Of a stretch of 64,000 nucleotides of DNA, positions 13,051-26,055 are shown piece after piece. Made by a program: the position numbers and the translations under genes. Location: contig OX597826.1 in the NCBI GenBank assembly GCA_951406725.2, positions 20,150,001 through 20,214,000 of the forward strand, written 5' to 3'. Source of the stretch: Octopus vulgaris. Taxonomy: Eukaryota. The notes below the pieces were generated by a model, which saw nothing but the letters and a program-made list of their open reading frames with translations, made no database searches and was not told where the DNA came from. How positions within the stretch are numbered: the first letter of the stretch is position 1; every line of letters starts with the position of its first letter.

Positions 13051-15186
13051 GTTGCTGTATTTTATATTTGTGAGCCATTTTATAAAATTGGTTGAAACAT
13101 TAGAGTGTCAGACAAAATGCCTTGTGGTGTTTGTTCTGGCCCTTAACATTTCTGGATTCGAACCCTATCAAGGTCAGATATGCTTTTCATCCTTTCTGAG
13201 CCAATAAAATAAAGTCAAGGAACTGAAAGGCAGTTCTCCCAACTTGCAGCTGTCTTTTAGGGGTTTGGCTGTATGAGGGAGGCATGATTCAAGAGGGTAG
13301 CTGCATCTGCTTTAAACTACATGTGGACCCTAAAACAGGGGCAGAGGTGTTCAGCATGTCACTACCAAACCACATTCAGTTGTGAATGATGGCCGAGATT
13401 GACCATCCATTGAAACTGTCTCCTGGTATTTCCGCTTTGAAATATGCAGACTTGTTCAACAAAATGTGAAAGTTTTTGTTCCTGTATTCCTTTTTTTTCT
13501 TGCTGTTTGTATTCATATTCCCTGCATCAGTGTAGGAACTGAGTTGTTTAAGCTGTTAACTACTTCATTTTTTGTGGGTTTTGTCAGATAAGGGACAAGC
13601 TACACTCATAACATTCTGCAGGGGCCTCCAGAGCTGGTCGGTGGTTGGAGTGGGGAATGGTTGGAACAAGTCACGACTCCAACCACCGATATTGTGGTAC
13701 GAAACAGAATTTCAAGATTTTGAACTATTCTCAGTCCTGAAACCAGTTCTAAGTGTTTTCAATGGAATGGATGCCATTAAAGGTACCTAAAGACTTCATG
13801 ATGGTAGTAAACTGGGGGACAGATTAACTTTATGCTCTAAATCCCATAGAACTGCCAAGAGTCCATGGGCTTTGTTCCTTAAATTAGATAAACTGAAGAT
13901 TTCTATCATTGTGTGAATATTTAATTCTGAAATTCTTGAAAGAACATTTGACAAGATCTTTCAGTTTACATATACAGTGTAAAGAAATCACACTGAATCA
14001 TAGCAGCTAAACCTCCCTCAATTCACTGCCTACTGTTTTAAAAAATGGAATGGCATTTTGGATAATGTAGACCTTTTTCTTAATATTTTTAATGTATTTT
14101 TTGTTATATGACTTTGCATAAGTGGAGGGGTTGGGCCCCTGCACCATTGGGGGAAGAGAGAAAATTAAACTCAGATCAGGGTATACTACATCTGAAAAAT
14201 AAGGATAGGATAGTCACAGAAGGAATGTCTTTGATTATAGTCTATTTGATCAGGGATGGTCACAACAAGAACGTCTTTGATCATAGTTTGTTCAATTAGG
14301 GCTGTCTTGGGTCTAAGCTACACCATCTCGTATACTTATTGTTGTTTAACCCCAGGTCTTCCTTGATGCAGTAGGTTAAGATCAAAGGCACTCCATTCGT
14401 GACCATCCCATGTTTTATATAGGCAAGTAATCCAGGACAATATTATCTAATGTGTTCTTTTCTAAGACAATAGGACTAAGTGTAATTTGAGGGAGATTTG
14501 ACTGCTATTTTTAACAGTCTGACATCAGAGACTTGCTAAGTCTAGGTGTACACCGAGGTAGATGCAGCCATAAATAAAAGTCATAATGATATTTAGGTTG
14601 GAGCAATGGGAAGTTGTGATGTTCTTGCCTTTCCTACTGACACAAACAGCATTTGTGGTTTCTGAGATTGATGGTGGAGGTATAGGTTGATTTTAATATT
14701 GCTTATCATCTGATTACTCTGATCCACAAGACGTTCAATCAAAGGCATTCCAGCCATGCCTATCCTGTCTTTTTAGGATCGTGTACAACTTCATTGTCAA
14801 ATAAGTCCTTTCTTTAAGGCAGTAGGATGGTATTTCAGGGAAATTTAATTGTTGGCCATTTAAATGACCACACAGAGGCTGTCATTTCATGACTCATTGA
14901 TGTTATTGGTAGTGGAGTTGGTGGTGATGGTGGTGGTAGTGGTGGTGGTGGTGGTGGTGGTGATGGTGGTGATGTTGATCTTATTTAGTTTATTTCCTAA
15001 AGGTAGGTTCCCATATCTTATTATTGTCATATATAACGTAATGTTTGGCTTTACATCACCCCATGGCATTTAGCTGTTTGCCTCCTCCTCATCATCATCA
15101 TCATCGCCATCATTCTCATCATCATCCACCGTCTCAGCTTCCTTGTATCTTCATTTCCTGTGAAATCTTTTGAAACAAAGATGCAT

Positions 15187-15227
<41 letters not shown>

Positions 15228-15392
15228 AGAGAGAGAGAGAGAAATATAGTGTGTGTGTGTGTGTATTATTTTCTCCTTGTTTGATATCATTTCTATCGAT
15301 ATCTTCTTTTCTCTTAAAACAACAAAACTACATTTTCTTGTCCTCATTGACTCTATTCAGCAATGCAAGGCACACACACACACACACAACTG

Positions 15393-15760
15393 TATGATTT
15401 TGGGTTCAGTCCCACTGTGTGGCACCTTTGGCAAGTGTCTTCTACTATAGCACCAGGCCAACCAAAGTCTTATGTGTGGATTTTGCAGATGGAAACTAAA
15501 AGAAGCCCATTGTACACTCACTCACACACGTGTGTGTGTGTGTCTGTGTTTATCTCCCACCACCACTTGACAACTGGATTTGTGCGTTTACATCCCTGAG
15601 ACTTAGGGGTCCAGTAAAAGGGTCCAATAGAAAAAGGACCAGGCTTAAAAAATTTTTTAAAAAAACAAGTACTTGGGTTGATTCATTCAACTAAGCAAAC
15701 TTTAAGATGGTGCCCCAGCATGGCCGTAGTCTATTGATTGAAACCAGTAAAAGACTAAAA
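15393..15760 (+). mobile_element. SINE family A, older copy
   Basis: GGTTCAGTCCCACTGTGTGGCACC...GGCAAGTGTCTTCTACTATAGC...GTAAAAGA tail. Confidence 0.7.
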
Positions 15761-15928
15761 GACTTGTGGGTCACTTGTCGTACTCAGTTTTGTGCATGTT
15801 TGTGTTTGAATAATTTTGTAGGAATATTAATTCAATTTGTCTAGAAAAAAGGTCAGTATTCAAACAGTAGCAGTTGAGTTCATTATGTATGTGTGTGTGT
15901 GTGTGTGTGTGTATAAATATATATATAT

Positions 15929-15980
<52 letters not shown>

Positions 15981-16778
15981 ATGCATGCATACCTACATAG
16001 TGTGTATAGCATCGAATACTAATGGTTTTTCCTGGTACATATACACTGCTCACTAATATCCTACAGTGTCTATATCTGTTACAAGTGAGATGTTTGTCCA
16101 GTATATTACTGGTACCAGTTTCATTGACTTTATCTGGATGCTATAGAATGAAGTCCCTGCCAAAAGCTGCCAAGATCTCCCAGAATTATGACCAGCATAT
16201 TGACCAATGTGTTATTATTTTTACCCAACTTTCTGTCTCACCGCTGTCCTTTATGTATTCCTCAGTTCTCTGCTCCATATAATGTCTCTATTGATTTGTG
16301 TCCACTGGTCATGACTGTTCATGCGTGCTGTTTATTGTTTCCCTACTGTGAAGCAAATCATGTGACAGTGAGTTGTAATTCTCACTTTCAACTGTTGCTG
16401 AATTAACAACACTTGTTAATTGATGCTGTTAATTGCTTTTACATACATATGAAAACCGTAATTATTCTAGAATTTTAGAATTTATAACTTGAAAACCCCT
16501 TTTGTATTCTGTAAGTATTCTTAAGCTGTAAACTATTTAAAACATGTTATGTTCTTTCAATGTTACAATAATAATAATTTAGAAAAATCATGTCAGTTAT
16601 TCATCCTGTTGAGTTTGGGTAGGATTACGACACATGGCTTTCTGTTTCATTAATGTTCTTTTGTCATAAATAATTTAGATTAATCCTGATTAGTTGTGGC
16701 ATCTTTTTAAAGTAATTTAATGGTAATTTTAGAAATGTAAAATGAGTTATCATTAATTGGTTTTACAATTTCTATACA

Positions 16779-16838
<60 letters not shown>

Positions 16839-17808
16839 TTATATATTGTTCAAAGACTATAAAGAAGATATCTGCTTTTATGAAATTCTTTTACTAATTC
16901 TTGAATAAGCTTACATGGTTGTTTTACTTGCTAGAAATAACACCCAAATCTCCTTGAAATCATTCTTTGCCCTCTTAAAAAGGAGGACACATTGAATAAT
17001 GTAGCCCTAGACACACTGTGCCAGAAATAGACATTATGAAATGGTCATTGCTAGGACATCTTTGGTCATAGATTATCTTGAACAGGAGCGACCTGGCACT
17101 AAACACCAGTAACTGCTCACCAAAGTATCATGTTTGTTTCAACTGATTTACATCGTCCCCTCTCCGGCTCAGCAACCCCACACTTCACAGATCGAGCCAT
17201 CCAGCACACCACTCCACTGCTACACTCAGCACTCCATTCGTCATTTAGAATAACAACAACAACAATTATCTCACACTCAGTTCTACTGTGACACCATTAT
17301 GAGCAATCGATGAGGGAGTCTCTTCATTCTTGCTTGACTGGCCAGAAATAGCAGCCAAATCTCAAATCTTAAAACTGGGGATGGTACGTTAAATAATGCA
17401 CTGACATTCCTAAAAAAAAGGATAGGATGATCATGGTTGAAATGTCTTTAATTATAAGTCAATCAGGGTTGACCTGGGACAAGTATACAGAAATTGAGTG
17501 AACACAAGAGAGAGAACAAGATGTCCAGGTTGTCACCTGACACCCATTGTCAGAGTCTACAGAATCAATGGGATTCTGAGAAATAGACTGGACACTGGAG
17601 ATAATATGTCCAGACACTGCCCCACACATGACTCATCATGGTATGCTGCTGTGTGGACAATATGGGGCTTAGCTAGGCTTACCTGCAAAACTAGATCTGT
17701 GCTAATGTTTCTGTTTCAATATCAAGTTTTGTGATGTGAATATCAGATTTATTCTTTACATTTCTACTTCTGCTTCCCACCCCTACCCCCATCTTATGTG
17801 TGTGCACA

Positions 17809-17854
<46 letters not shown>

Positions 17855-18189
17855 ACACCTGTACACATACAAACCCTCACATCATTATCTACTGAAATTC
17901 TCCCACTCTCTCTACTCTACTTAATCAAAAAAGGAAAAGACCTCATCACCTTCAAATAGTATCTGGACAAATCTGTAAAGGATAGGAGCCAAGACACCTC
18001 TACCTAGGTACAACTCCCTGAATGGGCCATGATACCACAAAGTATGACTTTAAAATGACCGAACAAATTCTATCAGCTGGTGCCATAAAGTTGTATTGTA
18101 TACAGTGCCCCTGAGCACTATACAATAGGTTAATTACATATTATATATATAAATGGTCTGGGCCAATTTTAGCTGAAACAACATACCTA

Positions 18190-18455
18190 AGTTAATCTTA
18201 CACACATACATGTGCATACTAAATATGCATATATATATATGTGTGTGTGTGTGTTTATGCATGTATGTACATATGTATACATATATATGTGTGTGTGTGT
18301 GTATACATGCATATATATATATGTGTGTGTGTGTTTATCTATGTGTGTATATATATATATGCATATATATATCATATCTATTTATGTCTGTATGTACGCA
18401 TGTGTGTGTGTATATATATATATTTATATATGTATATATGATCGTGTGTGTGTTG
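18190..18455. repeat. Compound (TA)n/(TG)n microsatellite
   Basis: Read directly from the sequence; explains the cluster of spurious ORFs here. Confidence 0.9.
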
Positions 18456-19086
18456 TGGTAGTATGTACTACTATTTCAAAGATAGTAATAATTTATTGTG
18501 GGAATTGGTGATTTCAGGCTCCCACAGTTTCCAGTCATTTTCATCTGAGTTTGGGAATCTGTAGTGAAGATTTGATAAGTCTTTGTTGTATTTACAGGTT
18601 GTAGGTTTGGTTTGACTGTACCTGGATTCCTCGGTGCAGTTTTTCTTTGTTTTTGCTTTCACTGGTTTTTATCTTTTAATGTCGGTAGAATTTGTTTGTG
18701 TGTAGGGGAATGTCTGTTAGTTTTGGACAATAGTTCTGTAAAGAGATGGAACAAGATATGATTGGTCTCTACAATGGCTAATTTGGCTATTAAAAGGAGG
18801 GAAAGGGAGAGGGAGGTGTGTAGAAGAAGAAAAAGGAAGAGAGAGAGAGAACAACCTATTTTGGAAGATGGAATATAGAGAGCAGTAGAATTGTAATTCT
18901 TTTGGCTTAAGTCTTTTTTTTTTGCTTGAAGGTCATTTGGGGTCAGTGAGAATTGTGATAATATACAATGGTAGTAGAATTAGTTGGTTGCCTGGTTGGT
19001 TGGTTGGTTGGTGGGTAAGTTTTGTTGTGATTGAGGTGTATGTTAAATACATTGTGTTGGTCGTTAATTGTGGTCAAAGAATGACT

Positions 19087-19310
19087 TTAACCCTGCAGCA
19101 TTCAAATTACTCAAGCAAATGTAATGATTATCTGTTCTCATTGATTTAAGTTAATTATACGTTATTGTGTTGTTTCAGACTTTTCATCACAAGATTGTTT
19201 ATTTTTATAATGACATTGCAGGATAGGTGTGAGAGACCAGATCTGACTTGTTTGAATATAGAACAAGTAGAACATTTGGGTTGGATATGGTCGGTTGAAA
19301 TGCTAAAGGT
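19087..19310. mobile_element. piggyBac-type (TTAA-CCC...GGG-TTAA) MITE
   Basis: TTAACCCTGCAGCATT...AATGCTAAAGG ends. Homologous to 43296-43524 and to the split copy at 9560-11032. Confidence 0.65.
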
Positions 19311-20164
19311 GTGTGTGTGTGTGTGTGTGTATGTGTGTGTGTAACAACATGGGGGCATGATACCATCTTTCAACTCATTAAATTATGTTAAACCATCCAA
19401 CCCCTGCCAGTGTGGAAGGTGGAAATAAAATGAACGCACACACATACAAGATTTTTGTTATTCAGCTATACTCTACCTTGTGTAGTGAGTACGAAATTCT
19501 CCCATGTTTTTAGAACTTGTGAATTGCATCATGGTTTGTACAAGTAATGATGGTGGACATGTTGACTATTAACAATCACAAGAATAAATCTGTTGAAACA
19601 TGAAGTAAATTCTTTCATTGTTTTTCTTTACACAGATTAATTCTACCATTTGTAGAATTAACTTTATATGAATTTAAATTTGCTCAAGTACTTTATGATG
19701 GTTATGCATTATGTGGTGTAGGGTGGGGGTGGTGTGGGGAGAGGCTGTGCTTGTGGTTATTGAAGGTCCACTAAGACTGATGAGATTGATGTGATTAATG
19801 GTTTACTTTGAACACCTTCAGGAAAATATGTGAGCAAGCAGAGAATTATATAGATCTGGATGGGTTCTGGGAAGTGAGGTACTGAGAGGGTGACAAAAGT
19901 GGGGACAGAGTGAGAGAGAGAGAGTAAGAGAGTATGAAAGGAGCTAGTTCAGTGGGACAAAGTAGAGGAGGAAAAGGGAGGCAAAGGAGGATATACTGAT
20001 TGCAATTTGAAGAGCCAGTACCAATTTGAAGAATACTGGAAAATCTGTGAATTAAAAAAAAAGCAAAAAAAAAGCAAAGAAAAACAAAATCCCCTGAAGT
20101 TAGATTAGATCTTTGAAACTATTTCCATCTTTAAAAAAAAACTATACTTTCTCATCTCTTCCAG

Positions 20165-20318
20165 TCTCCTCTCGGTCTGTGTTATATTTGGAGCTCATTT
20201 AACAGCTGCTGAGTCTCTTCAGTCAAGTACTGGCACCACCATTTCAAGTGATGCATCAATAGAGGTTCCATGCTTGCCTACCATTGCTCTAGATGCAAGT
20301 TCTACACCCCTTGCAGTG
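20165..20318 (+). CDS. DUSP23: Candidate frame-switching exon (phase 2 to phase 0) encoding a hydrophobic segment and a Ser/Thr-rich linker
   Basis: Polypyrimidine acceptor CTTTCTCATCTCTTCCAG| and donor GTG|GTAGGT; 154 nt. Joined to frame B of the previous exon it reads ILLSVCVIFGAHLTAAESLQSSTGTTISSDASIEVPCLPTIALDASSTPLAV with no stop and exits in phase 0. Confidence 0.6.
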
Positions 20319-20978
20319 GTAGGTAGTAACTTTATGTCTAATTGTGCTTTTATCACCCACTTCATGTTAATGATGGGAGCCCATCAAAGCTGCACAATTG
20401 GCTGCTATCTCCCCCTCCCTCCCCCCTTTCATTTGTAGTTGATTACTCTGCTAACCACTGTAGATTCTGTTAGTACTAATTTCATGTAATACTGCTTATC
20501 CCCCTTCCCTCCACTACCACCACCACCACCACCACATCCTCACCCCCACATTCCAGTTTAGCATTTATTCTTATTTTAGAATATTATTGCATTTCAAGAC
20601 ACAAAATTATCAAAAACACAATTTTATGATTATAAAAAAAAAATCAAAAAATAAAAAAAAAACCCCCTATAAACATTACCATTCTTGCAATTCTGTTTCT
20701 TCTGGCACTTTAATGTCCTGAGCTCAAATCTGACCAGCGGTCAGCTTTTGAGGCAGCAAACTAGCAGAATTGTTTGCTGGACAAAACGTGTAGCAGCATT
20801 CAACTGTCTTTACATTCTGGGTTCAATATCTGCCAAGGTTGACTTTACCGTTCACCCTTTTGGGGCCAATAAAAATAAATACCAGCTGAGCACTGAGATC
20901 GACATCATTGACTTAGCCCTGCTTCCAAAATTTCAGACCTTGTGCCTATGGTACAATGGATTGTTAATATTATTATCA

Positions 20979-21012
<34 letters not shown>

Positions 21013-24000
21013 AATTCTGCCAAGATTGACTTTGCCTTTCATCCTTTTGGGGTTGATTAAATAATTACCAGTTATACACTGGAGTTGATATAATCGACTT
21101 AATCCCTTCCCCTAAATTTCAGGCCTTGTGCCTTCGGTAGAAAGGATTATTATTATTATTATTAATATTATTATTATTATTAATTTTATTATTATTATTA
21201 ATTTTAACCCTCAAAATTTCTCATTAATATGAAATGATCAAATTATCATTTATAAAGTGAAGCAATTACATGTAATTAAAGGATTAATTAGTTTGGCTTC
21301 TTCCCCCCCCCATGTGTTTTACCAGCTTATAGAATTATCTCAGTGTTATCTAAGACTGTTGGAACAGTTTTGCATCCTCAGAATATATTTGATGTGAGTC
21401 AGGGTAGACGAGAAAGTGTTGCTTAGTGTTCATTGAAGCTTGTGGTGTGTAGGGGTGGTACTAGTGATATATTGGGGGCTTTGTAGTTGTTTAGCCCCAG
21501 CTCAGGAGTAGGCAAACTTTGGATTGCACACATCCCAGCCTTGACCATCCTGTCTTTGCTGAAGATGTATAAATGTATCCAGGATATATTTTAGCACTGT
21601 ATACATAAGTCTTTTCTCTTTTTCAATCTGGTAGAGTGTGATTTGAGGGAGATTTGCCTGCTATTTCTGATAGATTCTTCATGGAACTGTTAAATAAAGA
21701 AGCTTAGCTGTTTGTGATGTAACAGGATTGTAAACATTTGCTGTTGTCTCTCACTATTTCATAAGAGTTATCGAATATTAAGACCAATTCTAGAAAACTA
21801 GGAATCTAGTGATAGTCTGTGTTGGTAAGAATTAGTCCAGTAGAGTTCATAGAAGTTTGGTAAATCTAGTTGCCATGAGTGATAAAGAATCTAATGTTTC
21901 AAACACTTGATGTGTGTCTGAGAGTGAAGAAGAGAAAGTGCCATTGTTGCTTTGGTTGCAAACGAGTAACAATGTCAGTTGTGTTTAGTCTGTATATAAA
22001 CATGGTTCTTCTATCAAAAATATTCCATAGAATATAATTCTGCAACTACAAGTTGCATCTGATTCTCTTTTCACTACATTGCAATCACCAGGAACTGCTG
22101 CCACATTACAAAAAACAAAAAATCGAAACAAAATCACAATACTGACATTTACTAACAAATTATAACTAATTACACAGATTTAATTTCACAAACATGAATT
22201 CCAATTAATATTATACCATTAACCTTTCATAGAATTGTTTGTAATAAAACCATGCTTTTGGAAATTTTAATATCTTAAAATCATTGATTATTGGCATGAA
22301 GTTTGCAACCATCATTAATAGCATCTTTAAAACTGTGATGTTTGGGCTATGATTCATCTCCATTTATGTGTAAAACCATTCCTTCTCAAAACTCTATCTT
22401 ATTTCCTAATATTATTCCTCTCATTAGTTTTCATCTGCTTCCCAGCCACAAGGATTTCGGTTCAGCTCCACGGTTCAGTAACATAGACATACGTCCTTTC
22501 TTTTATGGCCCTGTGCTGACCAAAGACTTCAAAGAGATTGCTGTTGGTCTGCATCAACAGGACTTGTATTTTTCAGTAAAATCAACAAAAAAGAGTTCTG
22601 TGAACTTGCCATGGAAAACCCAACATTTTGGACAGAGTTGCTCTTTGGAGAAAACTTCATAAAAGAGAAATTTCTCTCCTGCCAACTTCCCTGAAGAAGG
22701 ACTTGTTCAAAATGGATTTTCCTCTTCCCATAACATCTGAACACAACTCTTTTTGTTCATTTTATCATATATATACTCGGACATGAGTTTTTTTTTGTTT
22801 AATTTATCTTTCATTACACTGCCCCCCCCCCCTCTCTCTCTCTTCCACACACACCAATCAATTGTGTGAAGTTCAATAAAGATCAGTTATATCTCACAAT
22901 AGAAAAACTGTAATGTTGTTTAGCCCCAGGAGAGCCCTGATTGAGCAGAGTTATGATCAAAGGTGTTACATTCATGACCATTTCAGCTACATATGTGTGT
23001 CCATAACTAATTATCTAACTTGTCCTTCCATCTTGAAGACAGTAGAGTGTGATTTGATTGTTATTTCTCTCAAACTGAATGGCCACTGAGATATCATTAA
23101 GGAATTAAATTGATAGTATTTTCCCACCCCTAATTAGTAAAAACCTTCCTTTATTTCTTCAATAATTCTCAGTTTTCAGTTCCTGATGCCCAATTTTTGT
23201 CCACTCCAATTTACCATTCTGTCATGTCTCTGGTTGTCTTCTGTCTCTTTTATTGTCTCCTGGAATTCAGTCTGTTGTCACTCATCTTTGAGATGTGTCT
23301 AATCCAAATATATTTCAACAGTTTTATCAATTTAACAATGTTTGTGGGACAAACTGGGAATTACATATTCTGTCTGCTTTCATTCATTTCTGGCCATATT
23401 TCTTGTGGAACTCAATGGCCATGTTTTAATTAATTTTGAAAATAACAATTTGGAGGGATTTTGTAAAATAATAACTTTTTCTATTTGTTTCATCCATAGC
23501 TATGAGTCTGACAAAATACACTTTGTCAGAATCATGGTTATGGGTTAAACATACTGGCACTCAGATTTTTTTGAGTTCTTTGGTCTAAGTGGCCTAGCCA
23601 TGTTCCTTTGAACCTGTCACCTTTAAGAAGTTTCCCAATATTAATCTGGTTTTTGGAAAATAACAAAATGTTCTTGCATTGAGTTATGATGGAAGATTTT
23701 ACTCTTATATCTGAACAGTTTAACTTTGGAAGTTTCTGTTAAAAAAAAAGGGGGTGGCTTTGGGCAGATTAAAAGGGTTAAGCATCTCTTGCACAAGATT
23801 ACCAGTGATCATTGTTGCTTGTTGTAAAGATGAAATATTTTAGATTTTCTTATTTTTACATATTTATCTTTGTTTGTTTTTTACTAACAAACCTGGTTTT
23901 ATTCTTACCTGAATGTGATTGAGTGCTTTTTTAATGTTAAAACTTCCAATCCAGTTTATATTTGATAGTAATATTTCTGGAAACATTATATACTTTGATA

Positions 24001-25923
24001 AATTACTCACCTATTTCTAATTGCCATTTGTAAAACAATTGTTGTTATTTGAGGGAGATATGGCTGCTATTTTTAGCAGGTTGAGTGACCCTATAGAATG
24101 TCACTCATTGGCTCTGTAACATTCCAGGAGGAAGATTTCTGGTTACTGTAGTAGAATGATTTTATTACTTAATTACCTCCTGAAACACAATTAAAATGCT
24201 TTCAGGTGGGTTAATTAATTTATTCATTTGTTTATTTTTTACTACTTTAAACTCTAACTAAAACAAAAATTCTGTCCTTATGCCTAAACATAACCATTGT
24301 TTTATATTTCAGAATTCCTGAAATATCCCACAGTTGTAATGTTTAGAATGAAGTGTTATAAATAATAAAAGTTACATAGTAGAGGTAGACAATCAGAGGG
24401 AGGAGGGCCACATGACAAATAAAGAAATACCAAACCATCAAGGAATGAGGAATGTTATGTGGGTTATGATGAAAATGGAAGAGAAATAGGTTTCTTTTTT
24501 TTATTTATTAATTTTCATCATTGTCTGGAAGAACCGGCAATGGTCATGTGTCATTTCTTTTCTTCTTTGAACAAAAAGAAAAACAAATGAATATTTGGTT
24601 CGTTATTTGAATACAATTTCAATATGATTTTGTAATTTAAATATAATTTAGCTATTTAAATATTCATCCACATATGTCGATATAATATTAATATTACAAA
24701 TACCGTGAAATACTGACCACATATGTAGATATAATAATTAGTTGTATAAAAGACAATGAAACACTAATGATTCAAAATACTTTTTTAGCGGCAATATTTC
24801 TTGATGCTATTTTGTCAGATATTCTGCTTAATTAAAAAGCATGCTGTCTATTAATTATTTTAGATTAAACTAACAGTAGTAATTAGAATGAATACTCTTT
24901 ACTCTGTGTAAACATTTAAATAGATGTTTTAATATAACATGAAATAAATTTAGTACCAAATAAATTAAAAGTTATTAAATATTTTCTTAATTTTGATAAT
25001 AAATAGATTTCATACTTTTTTATTGAATAATTTATCTGTTTTGTATTTTTTGTACATTTATATATAATCTAATATATTTCTTGGATAAGACAAATCTGTA
25101 CATAATCTACAACTTTACCAAATATTATTCTTCCACAAGAAATCTGTGCAAATTCTACAACTCTTTATTTCACTCTTTATTCTTCTGCTAGCTTTAAGTT
25201 TTCCTTAAAACTTATCCTTCTCCTGCTATACTCAACACTGCCATAGTTTGAAGCTTGCTTTTAATATGTTGACATTTATTACAAGAGAAATTTATGTTTG
25301 TATGAAATTTTAAACCCTGTAACAAGATCATATTAATGTAAAGTTATTTTAATTTAACGATTTTTATGAAGATGTATCTAATGATAAATAGCAGCAAGTG
25401 ATTGGTTGGTTGGTTGGTAGCATATAAAATTAGCCCCACAATTAGTGCTTTTCTTTTTATATTCAAGAAAATCTTACTTCCACTCCTTTCATAAAGAAAT
25501 AGCTTCAGTTCCATAAAGTTTATTGCCAAGAAATACTTAATTTCCTGCTCTTAATTATTACATAATACTAATTACTAAACTTCACCAAGAGATTTGATTC
25601 TAAAGACACTTTTATGTTAGAATCCTTTTCTTCAACATTATATTATTATATATTTGTTTATTCTGATTTATTATATTCGTTTAAATTACTGTAATGTTAC
25701 CCAGTCATAAAACCATTTTTATAAATTACAATTATAAATAGGAATTAACAGAATAAGCCAGCCAGCCAACCAACCAACCGACATCTGTGAAACAGGTTTA
25801 TTTAAACTGCTACAGTTGTTATATAACATACAATTTTGTTTGTAGTGTGTTTTTTTTTGTTTTGTTGTTGTTGTTTTCCTGCCTATATATTGAACTTCTG
25901 AACAAGCTATTCGTTTATTGAAG

Positions 25924-26055
25924 ATACCAGAACGTAGTGGCAGTAATAAAGTAAGTAAAAGTACCAGTAACCCAGACATCTTCCCGTCCAGTATGAACAA
26001 CAACAACAACAACAACAATGACAGCAACCAACACACAAAGGCTAATCCAGCACAA
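25924..26055 (+). CDS. DUSP23: Candidate symmetric (phase 0-0) exon with poly-Asn; could also be an alternative first exon (ATG 25993)
   Basis: TTGAAG| acceptor (weak) and CAA|GTAAGT donor. 132 nt reading IPERSGSNKVSKSTSNPDIFPSSMNNNNNNNNDSNQHTKANPAQ, in frame with the exon at 32309. Confidence 0.6.

Noticed and set aside
17130-17250. Coding-like C-rich stretch as another exon
   Set aside because: No convincing splice sites, and it is flanked by repeat fragments.
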